45,736 nt of DNA, taken from the NCBI GenBank assembly GCA_020343535.1, contig CP070799.1, forward strand, positions 1,723,975 to 1,769,710, given 5' to 3'. The translations under genes and the position numbers were made by a program. Each line of letters begins with the position of its first letter. Positions within the stretch are counted from its first letter, which is position 1. This DNA comes from Nitrospinaceae bacterium. GTDB lineage: Bacteria; Nitrospinota; Nitrospinia; Nitrospinales; VA-1. The notes beneath the pieces were generated by a model. That model did no database searches. It had not been told where the DNA came from and saw only the letters and a list, made by a program, of their open reading frames with translations. Of the stretch, positions 7,399 to 16,204 are shown piece by piece.

Positions 7399-10110
7399 AT
7401 GAGCGAATTTCACCTTTCCAACCGAACGCAAGCCGAAGCCTACCGCAAAAGCCTCGACGCGGCGATGGCCCACTCCCTGGAGCCCGTGCGCGAAACTGCT
7501 CCAAAGGGAGCCGACCCGCAGAAACTTTATCTCGACTTCAAGAACCGCATCGAAAAAGTGATCGCCGAGGAGACCGCCTCCCTGGAAAAGGCCCTCCAGA
7601 GCTCAGACAACAGCCACCTTCTCCTGCTCAAGCGAACGGCGCTGGTGGACGCGGTCGTCGATGCGGCCTACACGCGGGCCATAGATATATACAACCTGAG
7701 GACGGGCAGAAACCTGACCGCCGCCGATATTCCCGTGGCCATCGTCGCACGCGGCGGTTACGGGCGCGAGGAAATGTATTTGCGCTCGGATGTCGATCTC
7801 GAAATCGTCACCACCTCAGGGAAATCGCCCCACTCGGCCACCGCGGAAATCGTCAAGCACTTTGAGTACCTGGTGGTCTTTCAGGACCTGTTCTCGGCAC
7901 CCGCCAGCTCGTGCCATTCTGAACCCGGTTCACTGGATCAGGACTTGAGCCAGGACAATTTCGATAAGTTCTTTTCCCTGCTCGAGAACCGTTTCGTCGC
8001 CGGCAACCCCATGGTGTATGTCGAGTTCAAAGGCTCCCTAAAAACCGCCCGGCTGATTCAGCGGGAAAACATCCTCAAGCACTGCTTCCGCCACAAAACG
8101 TATTACGACGTGCAAAACACCGTTTTCCAGCAGGAGCCGAACGTCAAGGAAGAAATGCGAAGGCTCTATTGGGCGCTCGCCCTGGTGCGCATCCGCAGGG
8201 ATTTTGAAACCAGCAACCAGTTCGAACTCCTTGACGAGCTTTACACCCAGGGAATTCTCAGCCCGCCCGCGTTCAAAAACATGAAAAACGCGCTCAACTT
8301 CCTGTCGCGGGTGCGCATGCTTTTGCATTCGCTGCAAAAAGGCGCGCATCGGGATGTGCTCGGCTTCGAAGTGCGCGACGAAATCGCCCGCCGCATGGGC
8401 TACGACCTGAAAACCCTCTACGAGCAATACTTTTATCACGCGGGCTACCCGCTCAAGCGCTACAGCCGCAACCTATTCTGGGAAAGCATGACGGCGGACA
8501 CCCGCAAGGTCAAAAACCTCTCGGAATTCTTCGCCTTGAACGCCGAGCGGCAGATCATCTTCGATAAAAACCCAGAGCGGCTCTTCGCCGAAAAACCACA
8601 GTGGATTTACCGCATTCTGTCCTGGGTGGCGGAGAAAAACTACTTCCTTTCCTACCCCGTCATCCGCAGCATCGAAAACCAGGTGGATCAGATGGAACCC
8701 ATGTTCCTCGATCCTCTGGTGCAGGAGGAAATCCGGGAGAATTTCAAGAAAATCATCCGCGGCAAATACTTTTCCAAGGCGCTGCGCCTGCTGCACGAAT
8801 TCGGCCTGCTGGGTGGATACAACATCCCCGAGTTCAAGAACATCTGCGGCCTGCTGCAGGATATCTACGTGCACAAGTTCCCCACCGACATGCACATTCT
8901 TTCCGCCCTCGACGCACTCAATTCCCTGGAGATCGACCCCGAGGCCGACACGTTCCTGGCCGGCCTCTACCAATCGGTGCGCGACAAAACGACCCTCAAG
9001 CTGTCGGTCGTCATGCACGACTTAGGCAAGGGCGCGAAAAAAGACGATCAAAACGAGGAATTAGTGGGCGCACGCATGGTGCCGGGCATTATGCAGCAGC
9101 TCGGCTACTCCGGCAAACCCAAGCGGGTGGCCGATGTCGCCTTTCTGGTCGAAAAACACCTGACGATCTACGACCTGATGCTGCTCGACCCCGAGGAGGA
9201 CGACACCTACGACATGGTGTGGGATCTTGTCAACCAGGACAGCGAGCGTCTGAAGATGCTGGTCCTGCTGACCTTCGCCGACCGGGCGGGAACGAAGATG
9301 AAGATGTCGCCGTCTCAGATCCAGCAGCTCAAGATGTTTTACCAGTACACTCTCTATCACAAAAGGCATACCCAGGTGCCAAGCTCCATCAAGCGCGAAT
9401 TCATGCAAATGGTGCGGCTGCCGCACGACATGCAGACACAGCTGGAGGTGTATTACGACTTCGCCCGCTCGCCCGACCGCTTCGCCACAGAACTCGTGTT
9501 CAAGCCCGACAACCCCTCGGACCTGATCGTTTGCGCGAAAGACACCCACGGCCTGCTGTTCAGAATTTCCATCGCCCTCGCCTACAACCGGCTGAACATC
9601 GTCGAAGCCAATATCCAGACCTGGCGCGACACCGCGTTCGATGTGTTTCGCGTCCTCGATTCCTCGGGCAACCCCATTGAGCACTCGAATTTTTTCTTCG
9701 CGCAAAAACAGATCATAGACGACCTGCACCGCATCTTCGTGGACCGCAAACCACCGGCCGAAGTGTTTCGCGGCAGGACGCTGATCATCCCCAGCAAGCA
9801 GGCGGAGCACAAAGAGGTCAAGCTCAAGGTCAACATCATCGGCCGGTCCGTCAAACTCTCCACCCACGACCTGTTCGGCACCTTCATGGTGGAGACGCGG
9901 GTGTTTTCCGAGTACAATCTGGAGATCCAGCGAGCGGTGCTTCACTCGCACCAGGGCACCGCCTCCAATATTTTTTATATCCGGCCGGAAGACGTGGAAC
10001 CGTTTATTCAAAAGCAAAGTCAGTTCACCCGAACACTCAAAGAGGCCCTCGGAAAGCTCCTGCAACCCAGCCCGAATCTGCTTGACGAAGTGATGGAGGC
10101 ACCACGATGA
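7399..10110 (+). CDS. glnD: bifunctional [protein-PII] uridylyltransferase/uridylyl-removing enzyme
   Basis: 903 aa. Nucleotidyltransferase motif ARGGYGREEMYLRSDVDLEIV, HD-domain motif LSVVMHDLGKG, and two C-terminal ACT-like segments (LIVCAKDTHGLLFRISIAL and STHDLFGTFMVETRVF). Confidence 0.75.
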   Translation: MSEFHLSNRTQAEAYRKSLDAAMAHSLEPVRETAPKGADPQKLYLDFKNRIEKVIAEETASLEKALQSSDNSHLLLLKRTALVDAVVDAAYTRAIDIYNLRTGRNLTAADIPVAIVARGGYGREEMYLRSDVDLEIVTTSGKSPHSATAEIVKHFEYLVVFQDLFSAPASSCHSEPGSLDQDLSQDNFDKFFSLLENRFVAGNPMVYVEFKGSLKTARLIQRENILKHCFRHKTYYDVQNTVFQQEPNVKEEMRRLYWALALVRIRRDFETSNQFELLDELYTQGILSPPAFKNMKNALNFLSRVRMLLHSLQKGAHRDVLGFEVRDEIARRMGYDLKTLYEQYFYHAGYPLKRYSRNLFWESMTADTRKVKNLSEFFALNAERQIIFDKNPERLFAEKPQWIYRILSWVAEKNYFLSYPVIRSIENQVDQMEPMFLDPLVQEEIRENFKKIIRGKYFSKALRLLHEFGLLGGYNIPEFKNICGLLQDIYVHKFPTDMHILSALDALNSLEIDPEADTFLAGLYQSVRDKTTLKLSVVMHDLGKGAKKDDQNEELVGARMVPGIMQQLGYSGKPKRVADVAFLVEKHLTIYDLMLLDPEEDDTYDMVWDLVNQDSERLKMLVLLTFADRAGTKMKMSPSQIQQLKMFYQYTLYHKRHTQVPSSIKREFMQMVRLPHDMQTQLEVYYDFARSPDRFATELVFKPDNPSDLIVCAKDTHGLLFRISIALAYNRLNIVEANIQTWRDTAFDVFRVLDSSGNPIEHSNFFFAQKQIIDDLHRIFVDRKPPAEVFRGRTLIIPSKQAEHKEVKLKVNIIGRSVKLSTHDLFGTFMVETRVFSEYNLEIQRAVLHSHQGTASNIFYIRPEDVEPFIQKQSQFTRTLKEALGKLLQPSPNLLDEVMEAPR

Positions 10111-10799
10111 CCCTTGCCATCCTCCTTTCGCCAGGGCGTGTGGCCTTCGCCGTTGCCATCGCCGGGCTCGCCGCCTTCCTGGCTGTCCCCGCCGCCGCGG
10201 TAAGCCTTGAAGACGCGCTGGCGCTCGACCGCGATGGATTTCATGACGAGGCGGTCGGGGCGTGGAAAAAAATCATCGCCTCCGAACCCGGCAAAGGTCT
10301 CCTGCTCCTTGCCCGGCTCAAGCTTTCGAGCAGTTACATGAAGACCGCCCAGCTCCCGGAATCCGTCGCCGCGGCCGATGCCGCCACCACCCTGGCGCCG
10401 GCAAACTACGACGCCCAGTTTCACCTCGCCAACGCCAAGAGCCAGATGCGGGATTTCCCCGGCGGTCTCGCTGCCTATCGGAAAGCCATCAAGATCCGTC
10501 CGAGCGAAGGGTTGGGCTATGTCGGTCTCGCCCTCACCCAGTTCGCCAGTGGCGATTCCAAAAGCGCCCTTAAAACCCTGGAGGACGCCAAAACCGTGTT
10601 CAAGAAAAAACGCAATATCCAGTGGTATCAGGACACCCGAATTATGATGCAGCAAATCAATGGCTTCGCTAAATACCCGCCGAATTTCGCCGATCTCTGG
10701 CTGGAAAACAATCTGCGGCTGGTTCGCGAAACCTATGAAAAAACCGTGTTTAATATCGATGCCACTCTCCAGGCCGTAAACCCCTCCGCCAAAAATTAA
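10107..10799 (+). CDS. secreted or periplasmic tetratricopeptide-repeat protein
   Basis: Its ATG overlaps the glnD stop (ATGA at 10107-10110). Hydrophobic N-terminal signal or anchor (VAFAVAIAGLAAFLAVPAAA). TPR-like helices (YDAQFHLANAKSQMRDFPGGLAAYRKAIKIRP, GYVGLALTQFASGDSKSALKTLEDAK). Confidence 0.6.
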   Translation: MTLAILLSPGRVAFAVAIAGLAAFLAVPAAAVSLEDALALDRDGFHDEAVGAWKKIIASEPGKGLLLLARLKLSSSYMKTAQLPESVAAADAATTLAPANYDAQFHLANAKSQMRDFPGGLAAYRKAIKIRPSEGLGYVGLALTQFASGDSKSALKTLEDAKTVFKKKRNIQWYQDTRIMMQQINGFAKYPPNFADLWLENNLRLVRETYEKTVFNIDATLQAVNPSAKN

Positions 10800-10876
10800 A
10801 ATTTTTTAATTTGCAATTAATGATTGTTTAATATTCCAGACCTATAATGGATTTATTACTTTTCTCCTCCTTCTCT

Positions 10877-10923
10877 GGGGGAATGGGTCGGTACCAAGGC
10901 CGCCCTTCCCCCGCTCCTTTTTT
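10877..10923 (+). terminator. GC-rich hairpin plus T6, probably the terminator of the glnD-TPR operon
   Basis: GGGGGAA (10877-10883) pairs with TTCCCCC (10906-10912) around a partly paired GC-rich interior. T6 sits at 10918-10923, 5 nt after the stem, which is not perfectly canonical. Confidence 0.4.
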
Positions 10924-11204
10924 AGGCCCCTTTTTCCGATTTACCCCTGAATTAAACCCGCGTCCTACAGCACATTGCGCCTCATCGCATTCCGCCCCCC
11001 CTCGCGCGCCGTCAAACCCTGCGCCCTGACGCGCCCCGGCCGGGATCGATTCCAAAAATACCTCGAATTATCAAAGGTTCTGGAAGCCTTACGCCCCTCG
11101 ACCCAAAGCCTGGGGAATAAATTTCGCATTTCCGCCAAAGTAGGTTAAAATTTTCCCGACAATCCGCTCAGTTACGGGCAGTTCAAGAGAAATCCAGCGA
11201 CCCG

Positions 11205-11615
11205 ATGATCGTCAAAACCGAAATCCGGGGCCCGGGAAAAACCGCCGCCCCCATTTTGACCCTGGCGTTACTGCTTTTCGCGCCCGAGGGGGGCCTGGTC
11301 GCCTTTCCCGGTTTTGCCGCTGCCGCATCGTCCGAGACGGAAAGCGCCGAACCCGGCCAACAGGGACAGCTTAGCGGCAGCGAGCAGGAACGGCAGCGGA
11401 TCAAGGCCTTGCAGGAAAAGATGATGGGCGATCCCGAAACGGTGGAATGGATCGGGGAATTGAAAAATGACCCGTCCATGCAGGAGATTCTGAAAGACGA
11501 GGAACTCCTAAGAGCCATTGAACTTGGAGACCTCTCGCGGGTGAGGCAGGACCCAAAAATCCAGGCCCTGATGGACAGCGCGGCATTTAAAAAGATTCTA
11601 GAAAAAAATCAATGA
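11205..11615 (+). CDS. secreted hypothetical protein with an STI1/Hop DP-repeat-like C-terminal region
   Basis: Signal peptide ([28 protein letters not shown]). The C-terminus [60 protein letters not shown] resembles DP-repeat STI1 domains. Its stop overlaps the orn ATG (ATGA). Confidence 0.6.
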   Translation: MIVKTEIRGPGKTAAPILTLALLLFAPEGGLVAFPGFAAAASSETESAEPGQQGQLSGSEQERQRIKALQEKMMGDPETVEWIGELKNDPSMQEILKDEELLRAIELGDLSRVRQDPKIQALMDSAAFKKILEKNQ

Positions 11616-12259
11616 GAGTGCCCGCCCCTGGAAAATCCGATTTCCGGAGGGCGGAAGCTTTAAAAAAATGGATTAACGTGAAGAAAAAATCATCGGATAA
11701 CCTGGTCTGGATGGATCTGGAGATGACCGGGCTGGACCCCGAATGCGAAGTGATCATCGAAATCGCCACTCTCGTCACCGACGGGCACCTGAACATCCTC
11801 GCCGAGGGACCTTGCCTGGCCATCCATCAAAGCAATGAAATTCTAAGCCGAATGGACGAATGGAACACCACCCATCACAGCGCCTCCGGCCTGACGCAAC
11901 GGGTCAAGGAATCGACCATCTCGGAATTGGAAGCGGAACAGGCCACCCTGGACTTCATAAAACAATACTGCCCCAAGGGGAAATCCCCCCTGTGCGGCAA
12001 CTCCATCGCCCAGGACCGGAGATTCCTCTCCAAATACATGAAAAAGCTGCACGATCACCTGCATTACCGCAACATCGACGTCACCACCATCAAGGAACTG
12101 GTTAAACGCTGGTACCCGACGGGCCCCAAGTTTCCCAAGAAAAGCGAAACACACCTCGCCAGCATCGACGTCCGCGAATCGTTGCAGGAGTTGATCTTCT
12201 ATCGAAAACACTATTTCATCGAAGGGGACGCCCCCCCCCCGCCCCGCAAAGCATCATGA
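11612..12259 (+). CDS. orn: oligoribonuclease (3'-5' exoribonuclease, DEDDh)
   Basis: Motifs [24 protein letters not shown] and [13 protein letters not shown]. The ATGA overlap with the upstream gene supports the start at 11612. A GTG at 11678 ([11 protein letters not shown]) is an alternative start. Confidence 0.9.
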   Translation: MRVPAPGKSDFRRAEALKKWINVKKKSSDNLVWMDLEMTGLDPECEVIIEIATLVTDGHLNILAEGPCLAIHQSNEILSRMDEWNTTHHSASGLTQRVKESTISELEAEQATLDFIKQYCPKGKSPLCGNSIAQDRRFLSKYMKKLHDHLHYRNIDVTTIKELVKRWYPTGPKFPKKSETHLASIDVRESLQELIFYRKHYFIEGDAPPPPRKAS

Positions 12260-12525
12260 AAAAAGGATCTCTGCTAACGATCGGGTTTCTGATCTTCATC
12301 GGTTATTTTTCCTTCACCCTGCTGTGGACGGGAAATAAATACGAATGCGAGGTCTGCATCGAATACAAGGACACTGAGGTCTGCCAGAAGGTCAAGGGGA
12401 TGGACAAGCAAGACACAATCATGACCGGCATCAGCACCGCTTGCGCTGGCGCTGCGACAGGCATGACCGAATCCATCGAATGCCAGGCCCAGAAGCCCAC
12501 CAAACTCGAATGCCGCGACTTGTAG
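12256..12525 (+). CDS. small membrane-anchored Cys-rich hypothetical protein (89 aa)
   Basis: ATGA overlap with the orn stop. N-terminal TM or signal segment ([19 protein letters not shown]). The ectodomain has 6 Cys (CEVC, C, C, C, C). Confidence 0.55.
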   Translation: MKKGSLLTIGFLIFIGYFSFTLLWTGNKYECEVCIEYKDTEVCQKVKGMDKQDTIMTGISTACAGAATGMTESIECQAQKPTKLECRDL

Positions 12526-12608
12526 GGGAGGAGGGTACAGGGCCGGCACGCAGGAACATTCCGGCGCGCGTAGGATAAAAGACCTTACCGGGCTGAAAAA
12601 GGACGTAA

Positions 12609-12628
12609 AGAAAAAACGCCCCGGGGCG
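12609..12628 (-). terminator. weak rho-independent terminator after purC
   Basis: The minus strand reads CGCCCCGGGGCG (short GC hairpin, 12617-12628) followed by a T-run (complement of the A-run at 12609-12616), about 55 nt downstream of the purC stop. Confidence 0.3.
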
Positions 12629-12682
12629 GCAGGTCAAGCGCGCGGGCTGGGGAGGGCCAAGATCGGAAGCGGCCGCATCGGA

Positions 12683-13396
12683 TTAGGGGTCGCCGCAAAC
12701 CATGTGGTAAACTTCCTGATATTTCTCTTCCACGCTGCCGAGGCCGAAGCGGAAACGGTCCTTGTCCATTTTCTCATGCGTGTCCCAGTGCCACAGGCGA
12801 CAGCCGTCCGGGCTGATCTCATCGCCCAGGAGAACCTGGCCGTCCTTGTCGACGCCGAATTCCAGCTTGAAATCCACCAGCAGAATTTTTCGTGACTTGA
12901 AAAAATCGATCAGCAGGTGGTTGACTTTTCGCCCCAGCGCCTTCAGGGTTTCCACCTGCTGCGCCGTCGCCCAGCCGAATGCCGCCACGTGCGATTCGTT
13001 GATCATCGGGTCGCCCAGTTCATCGTCCTTGTAATAAAACTCCAGGATTGGCGGGTCGAGCGGCTGCCCCTCCTTGATGCCCAGGCGCTTGGTCAGGCTG
13101 CCCGCCGCCACGTTTCGCAACACCACCTCCACCGGAATGATCTTGAGGTTTTTGACCAGCATTTCCCGGTCGGACAAGTGGTCGACGAAATGCGTCGCCA
13201 CGCCGTTTTCCTCCAAAAATCTGAAGATCCTGGTGGAAAACTGATTGTTGATCACCCCTTTATCGACGATGGTGCCCTTCTTGATCCCGTTGAACGCCGA
13301 AGCGTCGTCCTTGAAATACTGGACCAACCGGTCGGGGTCGTCGGTGGCGTATAGAATCTTGGCTTTGCCCTCGTAAAGGGCTTCAAGACGTTTCAT
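12683..13396 (-). CDS. purC: phosphoribosylaminoimidazole-succinocarboxamide synthase
   Basis: 237 aa. MKRLEALYEGKAKILYATDDP, KDDASAFNG, and typical SAICAR synthetase length. AAGGAAA SD. Confidence 0.95.
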   Translation of the reverse strand: MKRLEALYEGKAKILYATDDPDRLVQYFKDDASAFNGIKKGTIVDKGVINNQFSTRIFRFLEENGVATHFVDHLSDREMLVKNLKIIPVEVVLRNVAAGSLTKRLGIKEGQPLDPPILEFYYKDDELGDPMINESHVAAFGWATAQQVETLKALGRKVNHLLIDFFKSRKILLVDFKLEFGVDKDGQVLLGDEISPDGCRLWHWDTHEKMDKDRFRFGLGSVEEKYQEVYHMVCGDP

Positions 13397-13416
13397 GGTC
13401 GTTTCCTTATCTCATT

Positions 13417-14712
13417 CTATGACGAAAATACACGCTTAAAAATAGTGTCGACGTTCTTAAACTGCGCCTTCAGATCGAAGGCCTTTTGAAGATCGCCAGC
13501 CGTAAGGTGTTTCTTGACGTACTTGTCCTTCTTGAGCAGGGACAAGAAGTTTCCTTTTTTATTCCAGGCCTTCATGGCATTGCGCTGCACCATGCGATAG
13601 GCGTCCTCGCGGGTGACGCCCTTGCGCACCAGCGCAAGCAGCACGCTCTGCGAAAAAATCAGACCGCCGGTCAGCTCCATGTTTTTCTTCATATTTTCAG
13701 GGTACACCAGCAGCCGCTCCATCAGCCGCGTCATGCGCACGAGCATGTAATGCACGAGGATGGTGCTGTCGGGCCCGATCACACGTTCCACCGACGAATG
13801 GCTGATGTCCCGCTCGTGCCAGAGCGGCATATTTTCCATCGCCGCCAGCGCATTGGCTCGCACCACGCGGGCGAGGCCGCACATTTGCTCCGTCACCACC
13901 GGGTTGCGCTTGTGGGGCATGGCCGAGGACCCCTTCTGCCCGGCGGAGAAATATTCCTCCGCTTCCAGAACCTCGGTGCGCTGCAGGTGCCGGACCTCGG
14001 TGGCGAACTTTTCAATGGACCCGGCAAGCAGCCCGAGCGTGGTGAAGTATTCGGCGTGCCGGTCGCGCTGGACCACCTGGCTCGACACCGGGGCGGGCTT
14101 GAGCCCCAGCTTCCTCATGACGTGAGCCTCCACCTCGGGGTCGACGCTGGCAAAGGTGCCCACGGCGCCAGAAATCTGCCCGGTGGCAATGCACTTGCGG
14201 GCGCGCGTCAACCGCTCGATGTGGCGGCCGATCTCCTCGTACCAGATGGCGAGCTTGAGGCCGAAGGTGATGGGCTCGCCGTGAATGCCGTGCGACCGGC
14301 CGATCATCGCCGTGTTCCTATGCTTGAGCGCCTGCGCCTTCACCGCCCGCTGAAATTTCTTCAGCTCGCCAAGGATCAGCGACGCGGCGTCCTTAAGCTG
14401 AACGGCGAACGCCGTATCAAGCACGTCCGACGAAGTGAGGCCGAGGTGCATGTAGCGCGACGCCTCGCCGACGTTCTCCGCCACCGCGGTGAGAAAGGCG
14501 ATGACGTCGTGCTTCACTTCCTTTTCAATCTCGTCGATGCGGTTCACATCGAAGCGGGCGCGTTTTTTGATGGTTTCGACGGCCTCGGCGGGAATCTCCC
14601 CGCGCGCCGCCAGGGCCTCGCAAGCCAGGATCTCGACCTTTAGCCAGATGCGGAATTTGTTTTCAGGTTCCCAGATCGCCGCCATCTCCGGCAGCGTATA
14701 ACGTTCGATCAA
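13417..14712 (-). CDS. purB: adenylosuccinate lyase
   Basis: 431 aa. MIERYTLPEMAAIWEPENKFRIWLKVEILACEA is close to the PurB N-terminus. Signature SSAMPHKRNP. The start codon is TTG (complement of 14710-14712) with GAGGA 8 nt upstream. Confidence 0.95.
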   Translation of the reverse strand: MIERYTLPEMAAIWEPENKFRIWLKVEILACEALAARGEIPAEAVETIKKRARFDVNRIDEIEKEVKHDVIAFLTAVAENVGEASRYMHLGLTSSDVLDTAFAVQLKDAASLILGELKKFQRAVKAQALKHRNTAMIGRSHGIHGEPITFGLKLAIWYEEIGRHIERLTRARKCIATGQISGAVGTFASVDPEVEAHVMRKLGLKPAPVSSQVVQRDRHAEYFTTLGLLAGSIEKFATEVRHLQRTEVLEAEEYFSAGQKGSSAMPHKRNPVVTEQMCGLARVVRANALAAMENMPLWHERDISHSSVERVIGPDSTILVHYMLVRMTRLMERLLVYPENMKKNMELTGGLIFSQSVLLALVRKGVTREDAYRMVQRNAMKAWNKKGNFLSLLKKDKYVKKHLTAGDLQKAFDLKAQFKNVDTIFKRVFSS

Positions 14713-14746
14713 AGCATCATCCTCGGTGAGCGGTTCAAAACATGGG

Positions 14747-14775
14747 TTGCCGGGTTTTCCGGAGTTCTATAAAAT
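14747..14775 (+). promoter_or_regulatory. putative sigma70-type promoter of the PTP-FN3K-A2M transcription unit
   Basis: TTGCCG (14747-14752), 17-nt spacer, TAAAAT (14770-14775). About 65 nt upstream of the ATG at 14840. Confidence 0.3.
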
Positions 14776-14839
14776 AATATTACAGAAGCGTGGGCTAATC
14801 TTAAACGCAAATGCACTTTAAATCAATCATGGAGATGGC

Positions 14840-15319
14840 ATGATTCAGGTCTGCTTCGTCTGCCTCGGAAACATCTGCCGCTCTCCCCTGGCCGAGGGGG
14901 TCTTCAAGTCCTTGGTGGCGAAAGAGGGCCTGGAGGACAGGATTTCCACCGCCTCCGCCGGCGTTGGCAGCTGGCACATCGGCGAACCGCCGGACGCGAG
15001 GATGATGAAAACGGCGCATAAAAACGGCATCGTTTTGAATTCTCGGGCGCGTCAGTTCCAAAAGAACGATTTCCGCAACACAGACCTCATCTTGGCGATG
15101 GACGAGAGTAACCTGCAGGCGCTCGAGCAAATGTCCCCCTCTCTCGATGCCCGGCAAAAGCTTTTCCTGTTTCGCAGCTTCGACCAAGAACACCAGGGCG
15201 ATCTCAACGTGCCGGACCCTTATTACGGCGGCGAGGGTGGGTTCGACCACGTCTTCGAAATTGTCGACCGCACCTGTCCCCGGATTCTGAAATTCATCAA
15301 AGACCGCTCCGAATTATAA
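14840..15319 (+). CDS. low-molecular-weight protein-tyrosine/arsenate-reductase-fold phosphatase (LMW-PTP)
   Basis: P-loop VCFVCLGNICRSPLAEG (CX5R-S) and a C-terminal DP motif (NVPDPYYG). 159 aa. Confidence 0.9.
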   Translation: MIQVCFVCLGNICRSPLAEGVFKSLVAKEGLEDRISTASAGVGSWHIGEPPDARMMKTAHKNGIVLNSRARQFQKNDFRNTDLILAMDESNLQALEQMSPSLDARQKLFLFRSFDQEHQGDLNVPDPYYGGEGGFDHVFEIVDRTCPRILKFIKDRSEL

Positions 15320-16186
15320 ATGAAAGACGCCGTTCTCCCACTCCTGGAACAGGTTTACGGCCAACCCGTCGATATCACCGGCGCGCTGGCCCAGAGCGGC
15401 GGCAGCATCAACCAGGCGTTCAGGCTCGATCTTTCCAACGGCGAATCGATCTTTCTCAAACACCACCCCAACCCGCCCGAGGGTTTTTTCAGCAAGGAGG
15501 CCGCGGGCCTCAGCCTCCTTGCCGACGCCGCAAGCGGCTTCCGGGTGCCCGAACCCCTCGCCTTCGACGTGCATTACCTGCTCATCGAATATGTCGAGGA
15601 AATCCCCGCAGGCCGGCCGTTCTACCCGATGTTCGCCCGCGCCCTCGCCCGTCTGCACCAGAACACGAACGACAATCACGGCCTCGATCAGGACAATTAC
15701 ATCGGCGAGATCCCGCAGGTCAACACGCCGGAGAAAAACGGCCTGGTCTTTTTCAGGGATCACCGTCTCGGTTTTCAGCAGCGCCTTGCCCGCGAATCCG
15801 GCAATCTCCCCGCCGACCTCGACAAAAGAATCGACCGGCTGCGAGAGACTCTCGCCGATCACCTGGGTCCCCTGAACGAACCGCCGGCGCTTTTGCACGG
15901 CGATTTATGGTCCGGCAATTATTTTTCTACCCTCGGGCAAACCCCCTGTATTTTCGACCCCGCCGTCTATTTCGGCCCGCGCGAGGCGGATCTGGCCATG
16001 ACCGAACTGTTTGGCAGGCTTCCCCAGGCGTTCTATGACGCTTATAATGAAGCCTTCCCCCTGCTTCCCGGCTACGAGGGGAGAAAGCCAATCTACAACC
16101 TGTATCACCTGCTCAATCATCTCAACCTGTTCGGCGGGTCGTACCTTGCCTCGGTCGCATCGGTGGTGAACTCGTACACTCGCTGA
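15320..16186 (+). CDS. fructosamine/ketosamine-3-kinase family protein
   Basis: Starts immediately after the PTP stop (TAA then ATG). Kinase-like motifs FLKHH, LLHGDLWSGNY, IFDPAVYFGPREADLAM. 288 aa. Confidence 0.85.
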   Translation: MKDAVLPLLEQVYGQPVDITGALAQSGGSINQAFRLDLSNGESIFLKHHPNPPEGFFSKEAAGLSLLADAASGFRVPEPLAFDVHYLLIEYVEEIPAGRPFYPMFARALARLHQNTNDNHGLDQDNYIGEIPQVNTPEKNGLVFFRDHRLGFQQRLARESGNLPADLDKRIDRLRETLADHLGPLNEPPALLHGDLWSGNYFSTLGQTPCIFDPAVYFGPREADLAMTELFGRLPQAFYDAYNEAFPLLPGYEGRKPIYNLYHLLNHLNLFGGSYLASVASVVNSYTR

Positions 16187-16204
16187 AAACCAAGGAGGAA
16201 TTTC

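Noticed and set aside
11030-11055. GGGATCGATTCC, resembling a tRNA T-loop (GGTTCGATTCC).
   Set aside because: The flanks cannot form the 5-bp T-stem, and no acceptor or anticodon arms can be drawn around it.
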